Sequence record: NZ_LR134467.1
Reading direction: 5' to 3' (one strand)
Source: a plasmid
DNA length: 64,000 nt
Positions 42,673 to 50,815 of the stretch are shown in pieces. Both the position numbers and the translations under genes were made by a program. Each line of letters begins with the position of its first letter. Within the stretch, counting starts at the first letter, position 1. Below the pieces are notes generated by a model. The model saw only the letters and a program-made list of their open reading frames with translations, did no database searches and was not told the DNA's origin.

Positions 42673-44955
42673 TCAGAAGGGTGGGGGTTCGTCCGGTGGC
42701 GGGTGGTGTGCGGGGTCACGTCCGGCGAGGACGGTTTCGAGGTGGTGTTCGACGGGGCTGACGCGCTCTCGTTCCTCGCGTTCGCGGGTGAGGGCATCGA
42801 GGTGTGCGGCGCGAAGCCGTTCGCGTCGGGCGTGTTCCTTCTGGAGTCGGGTGGGACCGCTCGGTGGCGGCGGCTTCCTGCGCTCCGTGGGCGTGGGGGT
42901 GGTCCAGGTGATGCGGGTCAGGTCGGGGAACAGGGCTGCGATGGTGCGGGTGGGGTCGACGATGATCCGTTGGCAGGTGGGGCCGATCCACAGGATGCGG
43001 CCGTCGGGTAGTCGGGCGTCGGTCCACAGGCCGGCGGTCTTGAGCTGGTGGTGCGGGATGCAGAGGGGTTGGCCGTTGCCGGCGATGGTGGCGCCGCCGC
43101 GGGTGGGGTCGTGGTGGTCGTATTCGCGGGCGTGGTCGAGCTGGCAGCGCGAGGCCGGGCGAGTGCACAGGGGGAAGACGCAGCGCGGGTAGAGCAGGGT
43201 GAGGTAGCGGGTGAGGTCGGCGGAGAACCGGTAGCCGGTGCTGCCCTGCGCGATCACCAGCGCCCGAGGACTCACTGCGGTCGCCGGGGTAGGTGTGGGC
43301 AGAGCTGTCCTCTGGACTTCGGCGGCGGGTTCATCGACCCGCTGAGACGAATCACACTCCGTAGCCGTCGCTTCGGCAGCCGTTGCGGGCTCCTGATCCA
43401 GCGTGTCGGACGCGGACTCGGGCGCATCGTCGGTCTCAGCTTCGGCCTCGGAGTCGGTGATCACGGTGGGGCCTGCGTGGCAACACCGTGCGGCGAGCAG
43501 AACGCCGGCGGGTTCGCGGTGGGTGAGGTCGATACCGGTCGCGCGGAACCACGCCGCCCGCGGCCGCCGAGGTGACGGCCGGGCCGGAGATTCAGGCCGG
43601 TCGTGGTCGCGGTCGTGATCAACATCAGCGAGCGAGATCTCATCCGCGGCAGGCTGCGTGGGATCCGCTGCATCCGACGTCCCGGCGGTGCACGCGGCAT
43701 CGGCAACGGAATCGGATACCGCGTCAGCGCGAGCGCTCGCGGTGCCGGCACCGTCTGCGCCCAGCTCGATATCGCGGTTCGCCTCCGGATCGCTCGGAGC
43801 CGCGATCTGTGCCGCAGCGCCGTCCTTTTCGATCTCGCTCGCATCGGGGAGTTCCTCGCCGAAGGGGCGCAGAACCGCGTCGTCACGGGCAGCGAGGTTG
43901 CGGGCGTGCTGGGCGGTGATTGGTCCGTGCCCGATCAGGAACCCCGCGTCGGTGTCGCCCGGGTCGGTGAGGGTCTTCTCGTTCACGACCACGTGGATCA
44001 GCGTGCGGTACCGGGTCACCACGCGCGCACCCGCGTGATCGTCATCGATCCCGTCGTCGCCGACCGCGCGGGCCTCTCGCAGCGGACATCCCGGGACCGC
44101 GCACCAGCACCCGAGCGTCGAGAAGCCGCGGACCAGCAACATCAGTCCGTCGGCCCGCCGCTGCGGCACCGTCCGCGGATCGGATTCGCACACCGTGCCG
44201 GCGATCTCGTCCACCCGCACTCCCAGCTCCAGCCCCTCGTGCGCGGTCAGCAGCGCGTACGCCGCGGCCATCCCGTCCTCCGCCGGACGGAACGTGACCC
44301 GGCGATCCTCCTCCGCCATCCGCCGCCGACGCTCCGCCGCCACCGGATCGATCTCATGAACCAGCCGATCGGCCGCCTCGCGCAACGCGGGCACCGAGAT
44401 CAGCGCCAACGGATCCGCGGCCAGCAGTTCGGCGAGGAGCTCGTCGAACTCGATCGCCTGCCCGCCCGTCAACGCCCGCGCGCGACTGAGCGCCTCCATT
44501 CCGCCCCGCGGGGAGAGCACGTTGCGGCCGACCAGCGCGAACACTCGCGGCAAGCGTTCGACGAAACCCACCGCCTGTTCGATCACCGTCTCCGTCGCGG
44601 CCGGCCCGATCCGCAGCGTGACCGAGACCTCCGCCTTCACCGCCTCATAGGCGAGCGAGAGCTCGCGCCGCACCGCGTAGAAGTCCGCACTACCGATCGG
44701 ATCCGAGGACAGGAACGCCGACTCACGCTCCCCGTACCGATCCCGGAACAGCGCATACACCGCCGACATCGTCCGGCAGAACGCGACGTTCTCGCACCGT
44801 CGCTGCTCCAGCAGTATCGACCCCAGAGCTCCGGAGCCGGGCGTACCGTCGACCAACACCGAAGGCAGCAGGGCCTTCGGGAGGTTCGCCAACGCGCCGG
44901 ATCCGTTCACACTTTCATCGTACGCCTGTTCGATGACAATGCAAGAGCCGAACAT
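42673..44955 (-). CDS. DUF222 + HNH endonuclease protein (REP13E12-family), with ~250-aa acidic disordered insert
   Basis: The start was chosen at the ATG reading MFGSCIVIEQ (44955), with an alternative at 44994. The N-terminal half is DUF222. The HNH motif is CVFPLCTRPASRCQLDHAREYDHHDPTRGGATIAGNGQPLCIPHHQLK. Between the two domains is an Asp/Ala/Glu/Pro-rich low-complexity region of ~250 aa. Confidence 0.8.
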   Translation of the reverse strand: MFGSCIVIEQAYDESVNGSGALANLPKALLPSVLVDGTPGSGALGSILLEQRRCENVAFCRTMSAVYALFRDRYGERESAFLSSDPIGSADFYAVRRELSLAYEAVKAEVSVTLRIGPAATETVIEQAVGFVERLPRVFALVGRNVLSPRGGMEALSRARALTGGQAIEFDELLAELLAADPLALISVPALREAADRLVHEIDPVAAERRRRMAEEDRRVTFRPAEDGMAAAYALLTAHEGLELGVRVDEIAGTVCESDPRTVPQRRADGLMLLVRGFSTLGCWCAVPGCPLREARAVGDDGIDDDHAGARVVTRYRTLIHVVVNEKTLTDPGDTDAGFLIGHGPITAQHARNLAARDDAVLRPFGEELPDASEIEKDGAAAQIAAPSDPEANRDIELGADGAGTASARADAVSDSVADAACTAGTSDAADPTQPAADEISLADVDHDRDHDRPESPARPSPRRPRAAWFRATGIDLTHREPAGVLLAARCCHAGPTVITDSEAEAETDDAPESASDTLDQEPATAAEATATECDSSQRVDEPAAEVQRTALPTPTPATAVSPRALVIAQGSTGYRFSADLTRYLTLLYPRCVFPLCTRPASRCQLDHAREYDHHDPTRGGATIAGNGQPLCIPHHQLKTAGLWTDARLPDGRILWIGPTCQRIIVDPTRTIAALFPDLTRITWTTPTPTERRKPPPPSGPTRLQKEHARRERLRAAHLDALTREREERERVSPVEHHLETVLAGRDPAHHPPPDEPPPF

Positions 44956-45000
44956 GGTGGAACCGTCGAACTCGACGGTGCCGGGGAGCACCATGGAGTC

Positions 45001-45633
45001 ATGAGCGAGAACTCCGATCCCCTCCCCGACTGGGCGCCGCTCGTCCGCGGCCTGCACACCCGGTTCCGTACCCGTGACTTCACCGCCGGCCTCGAGCTGG
45101 TCACCGCGTTCGCCGCCGCGGCGGAGGCCGCGAACCACCACCCCGACCTCACGCTGCGGTACGGCACCGTCGACGTGCTGCTCTACAGCCACGACGCCGG
45201 CGGCGTCACGGACCGTGATCGGAAGCTCGCCGCGCAGTTCTCCGAGATCGCCCGCGAGCGCGAGGTCACGGCGAACCCCGGGGAGTCGTCGGTGGTGGAG
45301 CTCGGCCTCGACACCGCCGACGCCGCGGAGATCGCGCCGTTCTGGTCGGCGGTGCTCGGCGCCGAGGTGCAATCCGGAATCGAGGGCGTGGAGGTCCGCA
45401 CCCACGGCGCGGACGCGATCCTGTGGTTCCAGCGCACCGACCCGCACGAGACGCCGCGGCAACGCTTCCATCTCGACGTCTGGGTGGATCCGCGGGAGGC
45501 GCGCGGTCGCATCGACGCCGCCGTCGCGGCGGGCGGCCGCCTGGTCTCGGACGCGCACGCGCCCAGCTTCTGGGTGCTCGCGGACGCCCAGGGCAACCAC
45601 GCGTGCATCTGCACGGTCGCCGGGAGGGACTGA
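45001..45633 (+). CDS. fusion protein: pterin-4a-carbinolamine dehydratase-like N-domain + VOC/glyoxalase-like C-domain
   Basis: MSENSDPLPDWAPLVRGLHTRFRTRDFTAGLELVTAFAAAAEAANHHPDLTLRYGTVDVLLYSHDAGGVTDRDRKLAAQFSEIA is PCD-like. The C-terminus VVELGLDTADAAEIAPFWSAVLGAEV...RFHLDVWVD is VOC-like. Confidence 0.6.
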   Translation: MSENSDPLPDWAPLVRGLHTRFRTRDFTAGLELVTAFAAAAEAANHHPDLTLRYGTVDVLLYSHDAGGVTDRDRKLAAQFSEIAREREVTANPGESSVVELGLDTADAAEIAPFWSAVLGAEVQSGIEGVEVRTHGADAILWFQRTDPHETPRQRFHLDVWVDPREARGRIDAAVAAGGRLVSDAHAPSFWVLADAQGNHACICTVAGRD

Positions 45634-45643
45634 ACGGGCCGGG

Positions 45644-46096
45644 TCAGGCCCCGTCGACCCACTCCCAGGTGACGGTGCGGACGTCGGTGCCCTCGGCGCG
45701 CCGCAGCCGGACCATGAGGTGCCGGTCGGCGAGGCGTTCGGCGACGCCCTCGCCCCACTCCACGACGACGACGCAGTCCTCGAGGTCGGTGTCGAGGTCG
45801 AGGGCGTCCAGCTCGTCGAGGCCGCCGAGGCGGTAGGCGTCCACGTGCACGAGGCCCGGGCCGCCGGACGGGCCCGGGCGGTGCTCGCGGGCGATGATGA
45901 ACGTCGGCGACGAGACGCGGCCCACCACGCCGAGGCCGGCCGCGATCCCCCGCGTCAGCGCGGTCTTGCCGGCCCCGAGCGGGCCGTCGAGGATGACCAG
46001 GTCGCCCGCGGAGAGCTCCCCGGCGAGCTCCCGGCCGAGGGCCTCGGTGTCCTCGACCTCGGGCAGGACGCGCTCGCCCCGCAGCGGTCCGCTCAC
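45644..46096 (-). CDS. tsaE: tRNA threonylcarbamoyladenosine biosynthesis ATPase TsaE
   Basis: The GTG start overlaps the upstream hydrolase stop (GTGA). P-loop LDGPLGAGKTALTRGIA. Confidence 0.85.
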   Translation of the reverse strand: MSGPLRGERVLPEVEDTEALGRELAGELSAGDLVILDGPLGAGKTALTRGIAAGLGVVGRVSSPTFIIAREHRPGPSGGPGLVHVDAYRLGGLDELDALDLDTDLEDCVVVVEWGEGVAERLADRHLMVRLRRAEGTDVRTVTWEWVDGA

Positions 46097-47163
46097 TGCG
46101 GCACCGCCCGCGCGACGAGGTCGGCGACCGCCCGCGCCACCCGCGGCGCGGCCTCGAGGATGAGCATGTGCCCCGTGTCGGCGAGCACGATCAGCTCGGA
46201 GTCGAGCTCGTCGGCGAGGGCCTGCGACTTGCGCAGCGGCGTCATCCAGTCGTGGTCGCCGCACACCACCGACGTGGCGATCCGGCGCAGCACGGGCAGC
46301 GCGGCCCGCTCGTCGTAGTCCTCCAGCGCGGGCATGAAACCCGCGTAGGTACCGAGCGGCGCGGACAGGCTCATGGTCGACGAGAACTCGGTCATCGTCG
46401 CGCTCCGGTCGCCGGGCGCGTACGCACCGGCGGTGATGAACGGCGTCGCGATCGGCTTGATCGCCTCGCGGCCCCGGCCGACCACCGAGGGCAGGAAGCG
46501 GATCGCGGCGCGCACCACGTCGAGCACCGGATTCCGCAGCGCCGCAGCCAGTCCCCCGTCGGTCAGGGCGTGCGAGGCCGTTCCCAGCAGCGAGGCGCCC
46601 ACCACCCGGGTGCCGATCAGTTCCGGGTAGCCCGTGGCGAACCCGCAGATCGCCATGCCGCCCATCGAATGGCCCACGAGCACGACCGGCCCCTCGGGCA
46701 CCAGGGCACGCAGCACTGTGGCGATGTCGTCGCCGAGCAGGGCGACGGTGCTCTGCTCGGGGGTGCATCCGCCGGAGTCGCCGTGGCCGCGGCAGTCGGG
46801 GAAGACCATGCGCACGTCGTCGCCCCAGCGGGCCCGCAGCTCGTTCCGCACCAGCACCCACGACGCGGTGCGCAGCGTGAAGCCGTGCACGAACAGCACC
46901 GTCACCGGGGCGGTCCGGGGGCCGACCTCGCGGACGTGCAGGGGCACCCCGTCGGGGCTCATGACGATCGACTCCCGGTCGGCGCGGAACACCAGGTCGT
47001 CCGGAGCGACGGGGTCGTCTCCCGCGCCGCGGACACCGAGAACCCGTGCGGCGGCAGCGATCCCCGTCAGGGCCGCGACGGCGACGCCGGTGCCGAGCCC
47101 GGCCAGCAGGGCCGGCCCGGGCAGGCGCTCGGGGATGTGGATGCGGCCGCGGTCGTCGTTCAC
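46093..47163 (-). CDS. alpha/beta hydrolase (Ser nucleophile GHSMGG), possibly membrane-anchored
   Basis: The GTG start overlaps the alr stop (GTGA). An N-terminal hydrophobic segment PALLAGLGTGVAVAALTGIAAAARVL is present. An alternative start lies at MSPDGVPLHV. Confidence 0.75.
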   Translation of the reverse strand: MNDDRGRIHIPERLPGPALLAGLGTGVAVAALTGIAAAARVLGVRGAGDDPVAPDDLVFRADRESIVMSPDGVPLHVREVGPRTAPVTVLFVHGFTLRTASWVLVRNELRARWGDDVRMVFPDCRGHGDSGGCTPEQSTVALLGDDIATVLRALVPEGPVVLVGHSMGGMAICGFATGYPELIGTRVVGASLLGTASHALTDGGLAAALRNPVLDVVRAAIRFLPSVVGRGREAIKPIATPFITAGAYAPGDRSATMTEFSSTMSLSAPLGTYAGFMPALEDYDERAALPVLRRIATSVVCGDHDWMTPLRKSQALADELDSELIVLADTGHMLILEAAPRVARAVADLVARAVPQ

Positions 47164-48299
47164 AGGTCCCCCGTGTAGGTGCGGACGGCGCGCCCGCGCA
47201 CGCCGGTGAGGATCTCGTAGTCGATGGTGCCGACCTGCTCCGCCCAGTCGGCGGCGACGTCGGCGCCGGGCGCCTCGCCGAAGAGGACGGCGGTGTCGCC
47301 CTCGGAGACCCCGCCGCCGTCGGGTCCGAGGTCGATCACGCTCTGGTCCATGCAGACCCGGCCGACCTGCGGGAACCGGCGGCCGCCGATCGCCACCTCG
47401 ATCCGGCCGCTGAGCGGGCGCCACACGCCGTCGGCGTAGCCGGCCGGGATCAGCCCGACGACGGTGTCGCGCGGCGCGATCCAGCTGTGCCCGTAGCTCA
47501 CCCCGTCGCCCTGGCGGATCCGCTTGATCAGGATCACGGGGGCGGCGAAGGTCATCGCGGGCCGCAGCCCGAAGTCCCTGCCGGGCACCGGCACTCCGCC
47601 GTAGAGGGCGATGCCGGGGCGCACGAGGTCGAAGTGCAGGTCGGGGCGGGTGAGCGCGGCGGCGGAGTTCGCGGCGTGGACCTGCGTCGGCGTCAGGCCG
47701 TGCGCGCGGGCGTCGGCGACGGTGGCGGCCAGCGCATCGCGCTGCACGTCGAGGAACGGGTGCTCCGGCTCGTCGCCGTGCGCGAGGTGGGTGAAGACGC
47801 CCTGCAGCTCGACGGTGCCGGCCCGCTCGGCCTCGAGGAGCGCGTCGCGGGTGGCGGCCCACTCCGCCGCGGCGACGCCGTTGCGGCTGAGCCCGGTGTC
47901 GACCTTGACGTGGACGGTCGCGGGCCGCCCGACGTTCTTCGCCGCGGCCACGACCGCCGCCAGCTGGCGCGGGGAGCTGACGCCGATCCGCACGCCGGCG
48001 TCGATGGCGCGCTCGAAGCCGGTCGTGCTGAGCCAGCTGAGCAGCGGGACGGTGACGCCGTCTTCGCGCAGCGCGACGGCCTCGTCGACGGTGGTCACGC
48101 CGATCTCCGTGGCGCCGCCCGCGAGGACGGCCCGCGCGACGGGCAGCGCGCCGTGCCCGTAGGCGTCGGCCTTGAGCACGGCCATCACCGCGGCCCCCGG
48201 TGCGTGGTCGGCGACGATCCGCGTGTTGTGCGCGACCGCGCCCAGGTCGATCTGCGCGGTTAGTCGCTCCAGCCCGGTCGCGGGAATCGTTGTCTTCAT
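47160..48299 (-). CDS. alr: alanine racemase
   Basis: 379 aa. PLP-binding AVLKADAYGHG. Confidence 0.9.
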   Translation of the reverse strand: MKTTIPATGLERLTAQIDLGAVAHNTRIVADHAPGAAVMAVLKADAYGHGALPVARAVLAGGATEIGVTTVDEAVALREDGVTVPLLSWLSTTGFERAIDAGVRIGVSSPRQLAAVVAAAKNVGRPATVHVKVDTGLSRNGVAAAEWAATRDALLEAERAGTVELQGVFTHLAHGDEPEHPFLDVQRDALAATVADARAHGLTPTQVHAANSAAALTRPDLHFDLVRPGIALYGGVPVPGRDFGLRPAMTFAAPVILIKRIRQGDGVSYGHSWIAPRDTVVGLIPAGYADGVWRPLSGRIEVAIGGRRFPQVGRVCMDQSVIDLGPDGGGVSEGDTAVLFGEAPGADVAADWAEQVGTIDYEILTGVRGRAVRTYTGDL

Positions 48300-48312
48300 G
48301 GCGCTGCTCAGC

Positions 48313-49731
48313 CTAGTCGCGCAGCACGACGCGCAGGACGCCCGGCACCGCCGCGCTGATCGCGGCGGCGTGCGTCGGGGCGCCGTCGGCGGCGCGGGCC
48401 GCGGCGAGTCCGTGCACCCGCGCGGCGCAGGCGGCCGCGGCGAGCGGGGCGAGCCCGGAGGCGAGGAGCTTGCCGACGAGCCCGGTCAGCACGTCGCCCG
48501 AGCCGGGCGTCGCCGCCCACGACGAGCCGGCGGTGTCGGCCACGACGGTGCCGTCGGGGGCCGCGATGACGGTGACGTGCCCCTTGAGCAGGACGGTCGC
48601 GTCGAGCTCGCGGGCCGCCTCCCGCACGGCCGCGACCCGGTCGTTGCCGACGGGGCCCACGAGCCGGGCGAACTCCCCCGCGTGCGGGGTGAGCACCGTC
48701 GGCGCGGAGCGGCCCGCGAGCAGGCCCGGGTGCTCGGCGAGCAGCGTGAGGGCGTCCGCGTCGAGCACCGTCGGGAGGTCCTGGTCGAGCACGCGGGCCA
48801 GACGGTCCGCGGCGGCACCGTCGACGCCCATGCCCGGGCCGGCGGCCCAGGCCTGCACCCGCCCGGCGTCCGCGACGTCGTCGCTCGCGACCGCCTCCGG
48901 CCAGGCGGCGAGCACCGCGTCGCGGGCGGTGCCGGCGTACCGGACCATGCCCGACGTCGCGCGGATCGCCGCGCCCGTCGCCAGCACGCCGGCGCCCGGG
49001 TAGGTCGCGCCGCCGGCGACGACGCCGAGCACGCCGAGGCTGTACTTGTCGTCGGCGGGGCCGGGGACGGGCCAGAGCGCGGCCAGGTCGGCGTCGTCGT
49101 AGGCGAGCAGCTCGCCCGCGCTCCGGTCGGAGGGGAACGCGAGGCCGATGTCGATCAGCTCGATCCGGCCGCAGCGGGCGGGGGCGAGCGCGTGCACGGG
49201 TTTGAGGGCACCGAAGGCGACGGTGACGGCGGCGGAGACGGCCGGGCCGTGCACGACGCCGGTGCGGACGTCGACGCCCGACGGGGTGTCCGCCGCGACG
49301 ATCGGCGCGGTGATCCCGGCGACGAGGTCCGCGGCCTCCGGGCGGAGGGCGCCGCGGGCGCTGATCCCGACGATGCCGTCGACCACGAGGTCCGGGCGGC
49401 GGGGCGCGCCGACGATGCGGCCGCCCGCGCGGCGCAGCGCCCGCAGACCCGCGGCGTGAGCGCGGTCGGGCGCCAGCAGCACCGCCTCGACCGCGACGCC
49501 ACGGCGCCGCAGGAACGCGCCGGCGAACAGCGCATCGCCGCCGTTGTCGCCGGAGCCCACGAGCAGCGTCACGCGCCGCCCCGCGGTGCCGCCCGTCCGC
49601 GCGGCCAGTTCCGCCGCGCAGACACCCGCGAGGCCGTGGGCGGCGCGGCGCATGAGGGCACCGTCGGGCAGGACGGCGAGGAGCGGAGCCTCCGCCGCAC
49701 GCACGGAGTCGGGGTGGTGATAGTGCCGCAC
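48313..49731 (-). CDS. nnr: bifunctional NAD(P)H-hydrate epimerase/dehydratase (YjeF N+C)
   Basis: GSGDNGGDA (YjeF-N) and the C-terminal carbohydrate-kinase-like domain ending with the GSGDVLTGLVG motif. The 5' boundary is approximate, since the tracked ORF starts at 49830. Confidence 0.8.
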   Translation of the reverse strand: MRHYHHPDSVRAAEAPLLAVLPDGALMRRAAHGLAGVCAAELAARTGGTAGRRVTLLVGSGDNGGDALFAGAFLRRRGVAVEAVLLAPDRAHAAGLRALRRAGGRIVGAPRRPDLVVDGIVGISARGALRPEAADLVAGITAPIVAADTPSGVDVRTGVVHGPAVSAAVTVAFGALKPVHALAPARCGRIELIDIGLAFPSDRSAGELLAYDDADLAALWPVPGPADDKYSLGVLGVVAGGATYPGAGVLATGAAIRATSGMVRYAGTARDAVLAAWPEAVASDDVADAGRVQAWAAGPGMGVDGAAADRLARVLDQDLPTVLDADALTLLAEHPGLLAGRSAPTVLTPHAGEFARLVGPVGNDRVAAVREAARELDATVLLKGHVTVIAAPDGTVVADTAGSSWAATPGSGDVLTGLVGKLLASGLAPLAAAACAARVHGLAAARAADGAPTHAAAISAAVPGVLRVVLRD

Positions 49732-49759
49732 GCCGCCACGGTACGGCAGATCGGCTAAC

Positions 49760-50614
49760 GTGAGCGGCGTGACGGATGCGAACAAGCTGGTGAAGCAGTT
49801 GCAGCGCCGCGGCCCGCACCGCGTGCTCAAGGGCGACCTGGGCGTCGCGGGCCTGCCCGGCGTGATCTACACGCCCGAGAGCGGCTCGAACCTGCCTGCG
49901 GTGGCGTTCGCGCACGACTGGCTGACCCCGTCGAAGAGGTACACCAAGACGCTGCAGCACCTGGCCTCCTGGGGCCTGGTCGTGGCGGCCCCGGACACCG
50001 AGGGCGGCATGCTCGCCTCCGACGGGCGCCTCGCGATCGACCTGGGCACCGCGCTCGACGTGATCACCGAGGTCCGCCTCGGCGACGGCGCCATCACCGT
50101 CAACAAGGCCAAGCGCGCCGCGGTCGGGCACGGCTGGGGCACCGGTGCGGCGCTCATCGCGGCCGCCGCGGACTCGCGCATCGAGTGGCTGTCCGCGCTG
50201 TTCCCGGCGCCCACCTCGCCGCAGGCCGAGAAGGCGTCGACCGGCACCCACGCGAACGCGCTGATCCTGGGCGCGCCCGGCGACGAGCACTCCATGACCT
50301 CCAACGCCGGCGTCCTCTCGCTGCGCTACGCGGGCCCGACGGAGCTGCGGATCGTGCCCGGCGCCGAGCCCGGCGGCCTGGCGGAGGGCATCTCACTGCG
50401 CGGCGCGCTCGGCGCGGGCGGCTCCGACAAATCGACGCAGAAGATGGTCCGCGCGCTGCTCACCGGCTACCTGCTCGGCGGACTCGCCGACGACAAGGAG
50501 TACAAGGTCTTCACCGAGGTCGGCGCCGACCTGGGCGACAGCTCCTACGTGTGGGACCCGAACGCGGAGCCCGAGCAGCCCAGCGCGTTGCAGCGCCTGC
50601 GCAGCCTGGCCTGA
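49760..50614 (+). CDS. alpha/beta hydrolase (dienelactone hydrolase / lipase-like)
   Basis: 284 aa with a GHGWGTG nucleophile elbow. GTG start. Confidence 0.6.
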   Translation: MSGVTDANKLVKQLQRRGPHRVLKGDLGVAGLPGVIYTPESGSNLPAVAFAHDWLTPSKRYTKTLQHLASWGLVVAAPDTEGGMLASDGRLAIDLGTALDVITEVRLGDGAITVNKAKRAAVGHGWGTGAALIAAAADSRIEWLSALFPAPTSPQAEKASTGTHANALILGAPGDEHSMTSNAGVLSLRYAGPTELRIVPGAEPGGLAEGISLRGALGAGGSDKSTQKMVRALLTGYLLGGLADDKEYKVFTEVGADLGDSSYVWDPNAEPEQPSALQRLRSLA

Positions 50615-50624
50615 GATCCCGCGC

Positions 50625-50807
50625 TCAGCCCGCGCTGAGCCACGACTCCGGCTGCTCCGTGCGCGTGATCACGGGGATCGGCCGGGTGATCTCCGCCGGC
50701 GCCGGCGCGACGCCCGCGACGCGCAGGAGCTCGTCGAACAGGTCCTGTCGCTCGGCGATGCGGATCGCGCGGGCGTGGTCCTCGGGGTGCGGGTCGGTGC
50801 TGCTCAC
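50625..50807 (-). CDS. small translationally coupled ORF (60 aa) downstream of the 546-aa protein
   Basis: A GGAGGA RBS lies in the 8-bp gap after the upstream TAG, then GTG. VSSTDPHPEDHARAIRIAERQDLFDELLRVAGVAPAPAEITRPIPVITRTEQPESWLSAG. No TM. Confidence 0.4.
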   Translation of the reverse strand: MSSTDPHPEDHARAIRIAERQDLFDELLRVAGVAPAPAEITRPIPVITRTEQPESWLSAG

Positions 50808-50815
50808 GGGTCCTC

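Noticed and set aside
43603-45000. Upstream 460 aa of + ORF 43603..45633
   Set aside because: Only the last 210 aa (from the ATG at 45001) form a recognisable PCD-VOC protein. The upstream part is antisense to the DUF222-HNH gene.
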